64,000 nucleotides of DNA from Polyangiales bacterium (GTDB taxonomy: Bacteria > Myxococcota_A > Polyangia > Polyangiales > JADJQN01): NCBI GenBank assembly GCA_964202905.1, contig CAXNJO010000006.1, positions 192,001 through 256,000 on the forward strand. Reading direction: 5' to 3'. The notes under the pieces are model-generated. The model searched no databases. It saw nothing but the letters and a program-made list of their open reading frames with translations, and was not told where the DNA came from. The position numbers were made by a program, and so were the translations under genes. This document shows positions 46,722 to 55,219 of this stretch, in pieces (within the stretch, counting starts at the first letter, position 1; each line of letters opens with the position of its first letter).

Positions 46722-48041
46722 TCACAGCGCCCCCCGAACGATAGGATCCGCGAAGGCCTGGAACTTCGAGATCCAGGTCGTTCGCAGGTTCAACTTCACA
46801 TGGACAGCCGCCTCATCCACTGCGTGGAGGTGGCCCCGGCTGATCGCGCCGGCGGCCTCGCGAAGATCGTCGAGGCGAGACGCTGGATCCAGGGACAGCC
46901 GGAGCACGGCGTCTACGAAGCGGCTCCACAGCCGGCGGTTGCACGGGTCGGTGTCCCGCAGTCGCTCGATGACGGTGTCGAAGTTCTCGCCCGATAGACG
47001 GACGCCGCCGTGCCCGATGTCGTAGCCGAGGAAGTTGATGTTCGCGCCGCGAAGGTCGATCGGCTCCGGGCTCGTCTTAGCCGGGTCCGGGTGCAGGGCG
47101 AGGCCAGTGCGGCTCGCGAGGTCGTGAAGAAGTTGAAGTCCCTCGGCGGCACCAGCGCGCTCGCGGGCAAGGACGAGCAGGTCGTCGGCGTAGCGAAGGA
47201 GGATTGCCCGAGTGCCCATGGCGAGAGCGAAGGGGGCGTCGAAGATCACGTAGCCGACGATGTTGCTGAGCACTGGGGCGATCGACGAGCCCTGGTACAA
47301 GGCGAGCAGAGGCTCAGCGCGCACACCAACCTCGCCGGACACAACGCGCCGATGGTCTGGCCGTCGCACAATCGGCGCAGACATCCGCGCCGCGATGATC
47401 GTCATCATGGCGTCGTCGACCGGGAGCACCACGGGCAGCGAGGCGGCGACGTGGTTGATGGTGATGGACGGGAAGTAGTTGCGGACGTCTGCCCGTGCAG
47501 CCCACACGAATCCGCGGCGCAGCAGCGCCTTCGCCATGAAGAGCCCGGCATGAACGCCGTCGACGCAGCGGTAGGCCAGGATGGTGTGCGGCAGGATCTG
47601 CTCGGCGTGGAGGCTGAGTACCAACAGGATCAAGGTCTGCACGAACCGCTCGAGGAACGGGTGCAGGAAGACCTCGCGCTTCTCGTCGACCATCACGCCC
47701 AGGACGGGCGAAGGACAGGCGCGGCTCTTGGTCGCTGCGTAGGTGTGGTCATGCGCAGCGTCGAAGAACTTCGAGCCTGCCGCCCGCCGGACTGAGCCGG
47801 GTGCGAGACGAGCTCCGGGCGGGATCACGATCCTCCGGCCGTCGCGCCCCTTGCGCGTGGTCTCGACCACCGGCAGGTCACAGCTCGAGGCGAACGCCTC
47901 GTCACCGACGAGCGTGACGACGACGTTCCCGTCGGCGTCACGGAGGCTGCTCGGCACAAGGACGTCGCGGTTCACACGGGCGACGGCGTCGGGGAAGCGC
48001 TCTCGGCGGAAGAGCCCCTTGCTCGATGCAAGCTGGCTCAC
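46722..48041 (-). CDS. Stand-alone reverse transcriptase (group II intron-like core, about 439 aa)
   Basis: GGAGG + GTG 48041; ERFVQ, LAYR, ADVRNYFPSI, LYQGSSIAPVLSNI, LRYADDLLV, INFLGYDI. Confidence 0.9.
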   Translation of the reverse strand: MSQLASSKGLFRRERFPDAVARVNRDVLVPSSLRDADGNVVVTLVGDEAFASSCDLPVVETTRKGRDGRRIVIPPGARLAPGSVRRAAGSKFFDAAHDHTYAATKSRACPSPVLGVMVDEKREVFLHPFLERFVQTLILLVLSLHAEQILPHTILAYRCVDGVHAGLFMAKALLRRGFVWAARADVRNYFPSITINHVAASLPVVLPVDDAMMTIIAARMSAPIVRRPDHRRVVSGEVGVRAEPLLALYQGSSIAPVLSNIVGYVIFDAPFALAMGTRAILLRYADDLLVLARERAGAAEGLQLLHDLASRTGLALHPDPAKTSPEPIDLRGANINFLGYDIGHGGVRLSGENFDTVIERLRDTDPCNRRLWSRFVDAVLRLSLDPASRLDDLREAAGAISRGHLHAVDEAAVHVKLNLRTTWISKFQAFADPIVRGAL

Positions 48042-48205
48042 GGGCGCCTCCGTGCGCGCTGCTGGTCTCGCGCACCAGCGACGAGCAGGCGGACAATCGC
48101 GGCGGACCGCGAGCGCAGCGTCGGGTCCGCACGGAGCATCCGGCGCAGCAGTCGGTCGAGCTCGACCGGGATGCAGACCGACACCTTGACGTACGAGCGG
48201 GTCAC
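48038..48205 (-). CDS. Ribbon-helix-helix protein (55 aa) coupled to the RT
   Basis: YVKVSVCIPVELDRLL..SRSAAIVRLL; its stop overlaps the RT start (GTGA). Confidence 0.75.
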   Translation of the reverse strand: MTRSYVKVSVCIPVELDRLLRRMLRADPTLRSRSAAIVRLLVAGARDQQRARRRP

Positions 48206-48212
48206 GGACGTC

Positions 48213-48241
48213 TCTATGACGCTCGTCCGAAAGACTGTCAA
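48213..48241 (-). promoter_or_regulatory. Sigma70-like promoter for the RHH-RT operon
   Basis: Perfect TTGACA (48241-48236), 17-bp spacer, weak -10 CATAGA; -35 overlapped by inverted repeat GACTG-N7-CAGTC. Confidence 0.5.
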
Positions 48242-48302
48242 TCCCAGTCCGACTTCTTCGGAGGGATTCCGCTCGCACCGCGTTTGCGCTAGGCTCCGCG
48301 TC

Positions 48303-49037
48303 GTGAGCTGGGTGAAGCAGGAACTCGTGCATGTACGAGAGCTCGTGGATGGCGGGCTCTTTAGGAGCCAGTCGGAGGCGATCCGGGAGCTGCGAAAAGC
48401 GGGGGTTCCGCTGGTCGGACCCGTCTTCGCGAGGGAGGAACTGCACCGAGTCCTGCGCGCGGCGAAGCCCACAGAAAGTGTTTCGGACGAGCATGACCCC
48501 GTCGCGGTAGTCGCTCGTCGCTTGGAGAACTTTCAGATCGGCATCACCGACGTCACGCGCGGCAAGGCCCCGCTGGTTCGGCTCACCGCCGACCCGCCCC
48601 GCTTCGTGATCGACATCCTGAACGTGCCGGGGAAGCCGCTCCGCATCGGCCTCGGCGATGCCCGGCCATGGGCCCGTGTGTACGCCGCCAAGACGAGGCG
48701 ACGCGGCGTCGCGCAGTTCAGCGCGAACGGGTTCCTCGAACCGAACGCCGCCGCCGTCTTCTTCTTTGTACTCGTGGACGAGGGGCAGGTGTGGATGCTT
48801 CGTCGCGAGGATCTCGTGCAGCTCGATCACGAGGTGCGCTCCGTCCCGAAGGGGCAACGAGCGATCAAGGCGGCTGAGACCGGGATGGCCAAACACGGAG
48901 ACGAGCCGGGTTCCATGCGGCTGTGGTTTCCGCGAGGCGAGTCTCGGGATCTCTTTCATCCGGCGGAGCGGATCGCCAACGAGCACATGTGCCTCCAACA
49001 CGACGGTGTCTGGGTGGTTGCGAGGGAATCCACATGA
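48303..49037 (+). CDS. Hypothetical protein with N-terminal DNA-binding-like motif
   Basis: VRELVDGGLFRSQSEAIRE resembles RHH helices; ATGA overlap with the next gene; start uncertain. Confidence 0.6.
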   Translation: MSWVKQELVHVRELVDGGLFRSQSEAIRELRKAGVPLVGPVFAREELHRVLRAAKPTESVSDEHDPVAVVARRLENFQIGITDVTRGKAPLVRLTADPPRFVIDILNVPGKPLRIGLGDARPWARVYAAKTRRRGVAQFSANGFLEPNAAAVFFFVLVDEGQVWMLRREDLVQLDHEVRSVPKGQRAIKAAETGMAKHGDEPGSMRLWFPRGESRDLFHPAERIANEHMCLQHDGVWVVAREST

Positions 49038-49417
49038 CGGAGGCCGAGCGAATCACCTCGGCGCATCGCGGGGGGACGCTGTTCCTCTCCCGTGGCGGCG
49101 TGACGCTCAGCAAGTCGATCTCCGCGGACGACCCGGCCGGCGCGATCGTAGACGCCGCCCGCATGCTCGACGTCCTCTCGCCCACGCGGCACCTGACGCC
49201 GGTCCGGCTCATCGTCGGCATGGGCAACGCCTCGGCGCAGTTCGATGCGACGTGGCGGGCTGACGAGACCCTCGGGACGCTCGACGTCGTGCGTCGTGGC
49301 TACTTCGCTCCGAAGCTCGTGCGGACGGAGAACGGCGAGCTGACGCCTCCGATCCGCAACCTCATCGAGCGCATCGCTGACCTCATCCTCGGCGCCTCAC
49401 CTTCGCGTACGATCTGA
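49034..49417 (+). CDS. Hypothetical protein coupled to the integrase
   Basis: GAGGG RBS; TGATG overlap with the integrase start. Confidence 0.6.
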   Translation: MTEAERITSAHRGGTLFLSRGGVTLSKSISADDPAGAIVDAARMLDVLSPTRHLTPVRLIVGMGNASAQFDATWRADETLGTLDVVRRGYFAPKLVRTENGELTPPIRNLIERIADLILGASPSRTI

Positions 49418-51084
49418 TGGCGGTGCGTAAGAACCAGAGCGAGCCCCGGCGGTGGGCGATCTACGCACGCAAGAGTACCGACGAGCAGCTGGCGTCGACC
49501 GAGACACAGATCCGCGAAGCTCGTGCGGCGATCGAACGACGCGGTGGGGTCGTCGCGGACGAGCACATCTTCATCGACGACGCGAAGTCCCGCGCCGAGT
49601 TCAAGAACCGGCCTGCGCTCTGGAAGATGATGGCCGGCGCCTCGGCGTCGGAGTTCGAGGCGCTGATGGTGCGCGACGAGACGCGGCTCGGCGGGGACAT
49701 GCATCGCACCGGCCTCTTGATGCAGGACCTGCTCGAGGCCGGCGTCAGGTTGTTCTTCTACAGCACCGGCGAGGAGGTGCTGCTCGACAACCCGACGCAG
49801 AAGCTCATCGCCACCATCAAGAACTACGGCAGCGAGATCGAGAGGGAGCGCGTGTCCTCGCGCGTGTACGAGCACCTCAAGGGCAAGGCGGAGCGACGCT
49901 GCAATCCCGGTGGCGCCGTGTTCGGCTACACGAACCGGCAGGTTCATGGTGTCGGCGCAGACGGGCGACCGGTGAAGGTGCGCACGGAGTACGAGGTGAA
50001 CGTCGTCGAGGCCGCCGTCGTCGTGCGCATGTTCACGCTGTACGCCGAGGGGAGAGGCCTTCGGTCGATCGCGAGGACGCTCAACGCGGACGGAGTGCCG
50101 TCGCCGCGAGCAGGCCGGCGCGGAACGGGGTCGTGGAGCCCTTCGACGGTGCGCTCGATGCTCACGAACCAGCGGTACCGCGGCTTCGTCCCGTGGAACA
50201 AGACCCAGAAGACGTACAAGGGCGGCACGAAGGTGCGCATCGAGCGCGACCCGGACGAGTGGATGCTCGTGCCCGCACCTGAGCTGCGGATCGTGAGCGA
50301 CGAGCTCTTCGTCGCAGCGGCAGCCCGCCGGCCTGGTCGTGCCCTGGCCAGCGGTGGCAAGCGTGTCGGACGCCCGCCTCAGTTCCTGCTGAGCGGGATC
50401 GCTCGCTGCGGGCAGTGCTCCGGCTCCATCCAGATCGTGCACACCAAGGACGGGCACGAGACCGTGCGCGCTTACGCGTGCAGCTACCACCGCAACCGAG
50501 GGCCCGAGGCGTGCTCGAACGGCCGCCGCCGTCCGATGACCACCGTCGACAGCGCCGTGACCAACTTCCTGATGAACGAGATCACCCACCACGGGCTGCT
50601 CGAGGAGATCATGGACGTGATCAAGCGTCGCCTCGTCGCCCGCCACGAGAAGCCCGGGCGTCGCGACCGGGCCACGCTGGAGGCCGACGGCGAGCAGCTC
50701 CGAGCGGAGATCGCCCGCCTGACCGATGTGCTCACGGTTGCGGGGTCGGCGGCGGAGCCGGTGCTCGAGGGGATCCGTCAGCGGCAAGTGCGCTTGGCGG
50801 CTGTCACGGTCGAGCTCGCTGCGTTGCCCGTGGTGAAGGGCGCGGACGTGATCTCCCTTGAGCTCAAGCGCGCCGAGCGGGAGGCGAAGCAGAACCTCGC
50901 CTCGATGGCGGAGCACATGAAGGCCGACACCGCCGCCGCACGGGCCGTCGTCGCCGGGCTCTTCCCGGATGGCATCCGGGCCTCACCGACCGAAGACGAC
51001 GACGGGCGCCCCCGCTGGCGCCTGGCGGCGCGCGGGCCGTCTTCGGGCCGGCGTCTTTCACGGACGCCGGAGTCACAAATGTAG
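49417..51084 (+). CDS. Large serine recombinase/integrase of island 1 (probable 1-nt indel near 51035)
   Basis: AIYARKSTD, RDETRLG, recombinase domain, LLSGIARCGQC..YAC..C zinc ribbon, coiled coil; ends at the att core. Confidence 0.93.
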   Translation: MAVRKNQSEPRRWAIYARKSTDEQLASTETQIREARAAIERRGGVVADEHIFIDDAKSRAEFKNRPALWKMMAGASASEFEALMVRDETRLGGDMHRTGLLMQDLLEAGVRLFFYSTGEEVLLDNPTQKLIATIKNYGSEIERERVSSRVYEHLKGKAERRCNPGGAVFGYTNRQVHGVGADGRPVKVRTEYEVNVVEAAVVVRMFTLYAEGRGLRSIARTLNADGVPSPRAGRRGTGSWSPSTVRSMLTNQRYRGFVPWNKTQKTYKGGTKVRIERDPDEWMLVPAPELRIVSDELFVAAAARRPGRALASGGKRVGRPPQFLLSGIARCGQCSGSIQIVHTKDGHETVRAYACSYHRNRGPEACSNGRRRPMTTVDSAVTNFLMNEITHHGLLEEIMDVIKRRLVARHEKPGRRDRATLEADGEQLRAEIARLTDVLTVAGSAAEPVLEGIRQRQVRLAAVTVELAALPVVKGADVISLELKRAEREAKQNLASMAEHMKADTAAARAVVAGLFPDGIRASPTEDDDGRPRWRLAARGPSSGRRLSRTPESQM

Positions 51085-51090
51085 CGTCCC
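51079..51090. other. Internal att junction between islands 1 and 2
   Basis: atgtagcgtccc identical to 61144-61155. Confidence 0.85.
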
Positions 51091-51328
51091 TAAGCTCTCC
51101 GAGTTGGAACCAAATCGCCGCCTGGGTGGGCGAACTCGAACAGCTGCGGCAGATCGTGAATGCGGCCGCGTAGCGCCGGATCGTGTTGCTCTCGGTAGCG
51201 CCGTGGGCTCCATCCCCAAGGGATTGGAACCAGGGGGGAGAGACAGAAGCGAAGGGGCAAAGGACACGAGAACAAAGGTCCGCCGAACAACTCCAACCAC
51301 GGCGCGCGTCAGGGCGTAGGCTGAGTGC

Positions 51329-51582
51329 GTGGCGAACCGCTCAACAGAGATCGGACGGATCATGCGCGCCGGCGACACCATCCTCGCCCGCCAGATGATC
51401 CGCCGCGCGATCGAAGCGAGCCGCGGGAACTACGTGCGACCGCGCGCCTCCTCGGCGTCAGCAACGACACGGTCGAGCGACTCGTGCTCCGGCTCGCGCT
51501 TGAGAACGATCTCGATGCGGCTCGCCGCGAGGCTGCTTGGTGGCGGTACTCGCCGCGGAGCCAGGCGCGTCTACTCGAGTAG
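51329..51582 (+). CDS. Fis-like HTH protein (apparent frameshift near 51437)
   Basis: MIRRAIEASRGNYV in one frame continues as ATARLLGVSNDTVERLV in another. Confidence 0.6.
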
Positions 51583-51584
51583 AC
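51569..51584. promoter_or_regulatory. Perfect palindrome GTCTACTCGAGTAGAC, copy 1
   Basis: Identical copy at 54967-54982. Confidence 0.7.
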
Positions 51585-51710
51585 ACACTCCGCATGCACG
51601 CGCCCGAGATTCCCGCCGCGGCAATCTACGAAGCGCCGCATAGCCGAGCCAGGGTTCCCTTCGCGCCCGGCGCGGCCCACCTCGAAACCACTTCGCGGTA
51701 CCCTACGGCG

Positions 51711-52520
51711 ATGCGATCTCGTACGAAGTCACCCGCTCCACGTCGCTCCACCGGCGCTCCCAAAGTGTTCTCCACGGACGAGTACGAGATCGCGCGGCGC
51801 GCCTACTTGGAGCACGGCACGATCGAGGCGGTCGCCCGCGCTCTTGCCTGTGACCGTCGCGGCGCCGCGCGACTTGTCGATGCTGGGGAGCCTGCGCTCC
51901 ACCTCCCGTCCCTGAGGGACGCGGCGCGCATCTACGCGTCCACCGTGACCGCGGTCGTTGGCAGGGCCGAGAGTGCGACGAGGACCGAGGAGAGCGCTCA
52001 GCTCGTCCTCACCCTCGAAGCGCGAGCCAAGGCGGCAAAGCAGGCGAGGAAGCACGAGGAGCAAGTTCTCGGCGACGCGACCAAATCGAGAGCGGACGAG
52101 GTGCGCCTCGTGAGGGCGAATCGGATCTCCGCCCTCGTGCTCGCCCAGGTGAACGCGGACCTCCTCAAGCTAAGCACGGGGCTGGCTCGTTCTCTGCTCG
52201 CCGACGAGGAGACGCTGACGAAGCTCAGCGCGGAGAAGCGGCTGGGGATCCTCCGGACCGTAGCGGGCATCGTTCAGCGAACGGCGGACGCGTCGAGGAT
52301 CTCGGTCAACATGGAGCGCCTACTCCTGGGTGAGCCTACCGCCATCCTCGGGAGGGACGGGCCGTCGACGGCCGAGATGAGCGTCGACGAGGCGGAGCAG
52401 TGGCTTGGGATCGCGAACCGCGCCTTCCAACGCAGAGCCGCGCGCCAGGCGCCGATCGAGACCGACAGCGCGCCCGTTCAATCCGACGAGGATGCGGACC
52501 TCACGGAGGCGCTGGGCTGA
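51711..52520 (+). CDS. HTH-containing helical protein, possibly phage small-terminase-like
   Basis: N-terminal HTH (YLEHGTIEAVARALAC); ERLLLGEPT motif; acidic tail. Confidence 0.55.
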   Translation: MRSRTKSPAPRRSTGAPKVFSTDEYEIARRAYLEHGTIEAVARALACDRRGAARLVDAGEPALHLPSLRDAARIYASTVTAVVGRAESATRTEESAQLVLTLEARAKAAKQARKHEEQVLGDATKSRADEVRLVRANRISALVLAQVNADLLKLSTGLARSLLADEETLTKLSAEKRLGILRTVAGIVQRTADASRISVNMERLLLGEPTAILGRDGPSTAEMSVDEAEQWLGIANRAFQRRAARQAPIETDSAPVQSDEDADLTEALG

Positions 52521-52557
52521 GCTGCCTCGAACCCGACCGCAGCGTAGGATGGCGCCC

Positions 52558-53178
52558 ATGGCCAAGGCTCGCACCGACGTGCCGCGCGCGACGAGCGACA
52601 ACCTGCTCCATGCGAGCCGTCACACATGTTGCCGCTGTCACGAGCCGCGGCTCCCGGTCGAGATCCACCACATCAACGGTGATCCCAGCGACCATCGTCC
52701 GCCGAACCTCGCGGTCCTTTGCCGGAACTGCCACGGGCTCGTCACGGCGAAGGGCTCGCTCGGCCGCTCGATCTCGCCCGGCGAGGTGAAACGCAGCAAG
52801 GCCGAGTGGGAGGCAGCGTGCGCGGCGGACGCCGACGAGATCGACGAGCCCGAAGAAGAAGCCCACGACATCGTGCGCGTACCGTCCGGCGGCTGGCACG
52901 AGTGGATCTACCAGCTGCCGGAGGGATACCGGCTCGTCGTCGGTTTCGATTCGGACGTGGCGCTGAACGCGCGCATCGCGCGGCAGAGCGACTACCGCCG
53001 GTGGTGCGCGGACGACCCGGATGCGGTGTGCGAGGTGTTCGAAGAGGAAATCTACGCGGGCGAGTTGGAGCACGCGGCAGACCGCGACAACCGCTACGTC
53101 TTCTGGCTGGAGAACGACGACGACGAGGACGCGATCGTCGAGGTAGACATCGCGGTGTGGGCACCGGCAGGCGAGTGA
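52558..53178 (+). CDS. HNH endonuclease with acidic beta-rich C-terminal domain
   Basis: CCRC..EIHHINGD..NLAVLCRNCH. Confidence 0.85.
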   Translation: MAKARTDVPRATSDNLLHASRHTCCRCHEPRLPVEIHHINGDPSDHRPPNLAVLCRNCHGLVTAKGSLGRSISPGEVKRSKAEWEAACAADADEIDEPEEEAHDIVRVPSGGWHEWIYQLPEGYRLVVGFDSDVALNARIARQSDYRRWCADDPDAVCEVFEEEIYAGELEHAADRDNRYVFWLENDDDEDAIVEVDIAVWAPAGE

Positions 53179-53212
53179 ACGCCATGCGCAGCGGTGGGAC
53201 GCCGAGCCCTCT

Positions 53213-53835
53213 TCAGCGCGTGACTCGGCTCGCCCGGTCGTAGTCCCGCAGGGTCGCCGCCGCGCGGTCGCATGCGCCGACGTTCTCAGCGCACGTCACG
53301 CAGAGCGCTACGTCGCCGCCCGCGCCGCGAAGGAGCAGCGTGTGGAACTGCCGGACGTCCGCGAGTTCCTCTGCGCGCGCCTCCGCGGCGTGAACCCGCG
53401 TGAGCAGTTCGCGCATCCGGTCGCCGCATGCGCGGAGCCGTTCGAGGTCGTCTGTGCGCCGCAGGCTCTCCAGGGCCCGTCCCGCGCGCACGAGCTCGCC
53501 GAACTCGCGCCGAAGTTCAGCGCGGCTAACCACGGCGTTGCGCTCGCGCGCGGCGCTGCGCTGCAGCATCCTCGGGCGGGCTGTTATCGAGCGCTCCGGA
53601 GTTCGCGCCGCTGATGGTGGACGGTGTGGTTGGCTTCGATGCGGTCGCAGGCGCCAGCTTCGGGGCCGAGCGAGTCGAGGACGACGCGCCGCGGTCGAAG
53701 ATACTCGCGAGCATCTCGAGCCCGCAGCACGCCTCCGAACGCGACTACGAAGAGCAGCGCGCAGCCACCCCAGACGATCACTCCGAAGCGCCCGACGCGG
53801 CGCCCGCTTCGCTGAACCTCGTTGAAGTACGACAC
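53213..53835 (-). CDS. Membrane-anchored hypothetical protein (possible frameshift)
   Basis: TM segment in frame of ORF 53584..53943; Cys-containing helical C-terminus in frame of ORF 53213..53875. Confidence 0.4.
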
Positions 53836-53837
53836 GA

Positions 53838-54603
53838 CTAGGCCGGCGTGAGGCGGACACCGATCGCGTGTCCACACGTCGTGCGCGTTAGCGCGCGGAT
53901 GGCTCCGACGCGCACGGAGACGGTGGCCGGGCTCGTCATGCATCCCACATCAACGCTGACGGCGAACACGTGTCTGCCGATGCACGTGGCGCCGCTCCGC
54001 GTCACGCCGCCGCCAGAGCCTCCCGTGCAGGACACGAGTCCACCGCTGCAGGTCACGCGGACCTCGACGACGCTGTCCGCGTCGCTCTCCCAGGCGAAGA
54101 CGCGGACGCCTCCGGCGAATCCGACTGTGCCGGGTCCTGCCGAGATCCAGTCCGCCGTGTCGGCGTCGCTCCACGTCATCGGGTAGGACGTCTCCGGCCA
54201 GCCCGCGCCGATCGCTGCGACCGCCGCAGTCTCGGGCGTGTCGTTGCTCTCGAAGACGTCAGCGACGCAGCCCGCGTCGGCCAGAGGGCCGAGGTCAGGC
54301 GGCGACGATGGACCGGCGTCCGTAGCGGAGAAGCCAGCATCGACGAGCGTAGGGCCCGCGTCGGTCCAGGAACCGGCGTCTATGGTCGAACCAGCGTCGT
54401 CGAAGAATCCGCCGTCGCGATCACGGCCGATGTCGGTCCGATCGCCGGCGTCGACGATGCTCGCCGCGTCCGCGCTGGCGTCGAGCGCCGGTCCCGCGTC
54501 GTCCGACGGGGTGGCGTCCGCGGGGGTCGAGCAGCCGAGCGTTTGAACCAAGAGACTGGTGACGAGCGCGAGCACGACCAAGCGGGGAGTGTGTCGGTCC
54601 ATG
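53838..54603 (-). CDS. Putative lipoprotein with DAG repeats and D.FE.ND motif
   Basis: Lipobox TLGC; DAG linker; DVFESNDT; Cys-rich domain. Confidence 0.75.
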
Positions 54604-54666
54604 CGTCGGAGCATACCCGGCCTATAAGGCGTGTTACCAGCCGACGCAGGTGCCTAGGGTCTCGGC

Positions 54667-54897
54667 GTGCCACGCCGCCCGCCGCCCCGCCTTCGAGACC
54701 GCCTCGCGGCCGCGGTGAAGCGCCTCCGCGCCGCGCGCAGCCTGACGCAGGAAGGGCTCGCCGAGGCTGCCGATCTCAACGCGCGACACCTCCAGAAGAT
54801 CGAAGTCGGAGCGATGAACGTGACGCTCGACACCCTGGAGAAGCTCGGCGGCGCTCTCGATGTCGACCCCGCCACGTTGATCGCCCGCGATCCGTAG
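54667..54897 (+). CDS. XRE-family HTH regulator
   Basis: RLRAARSLTQEGLAE..HLQKIEVG..NVTLDTLEKL. Confidence 0.9.
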   Translation: MPRRPPPRLRDRLAAAVKRLRAARSLTQEGLAEAADLNARHLQKIEVGAMNVTLDTLEKLGGALDVDPATLIARDP

Positions 54898-54965
54898 CCC
54901 TCCGGCGAACCCGGTTGGCCGTGAAGCGTCCCCGCACTGACTGACACCAGCCGCCGAGATCGGAA

Positions 54966-54983
54966 TGTCTACTCGAGTAGACA
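54966..54983. promoter_or_regulatory. Perfect 18-bp palindrome TGTCTACTCGAGTAGACA, copy 2
   Basis: Core identical to 51569-51584. Confidence 0.7.
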
Positions 54984-55219
54984 GTGTCCTCGGGACGGTT
55001 TCGAGAGCCCCGTCGTACACAGCGGGAGCCCGCCGTGTACGAGCCCCGTTCTCTGGGAGCGGGAACGCGATCGCTTCGCGATGTCGAGCGCGGCGTTTCG
55101 ACCGTGCCCGCTTCCAGGGACAGCACGGGCGATGTTGCCCCGGACGCGAGCGGCATGGCGGGGCGCGATGCCCCCGCCGCGTCTGGTCGCGTGTGCTCGT
55201 GGAGGCGTGATCGCCAGAG

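Noticed and set aside
46722..48041. Group II intron, retron or DGR assignment for the RT
   Set aside because: By eye there is no domain V/VI after the ORF, no VTG motif, no SQ motif and no TR/VR repeat pair; a computational search is still needed
48042..49001. 759-aa RT as given in the ORF track
   Set aside because: The upstream part is antisense to gene 48303-49037 and overlaps the RHH gene; GGAGG + GTG 48041 is the better start
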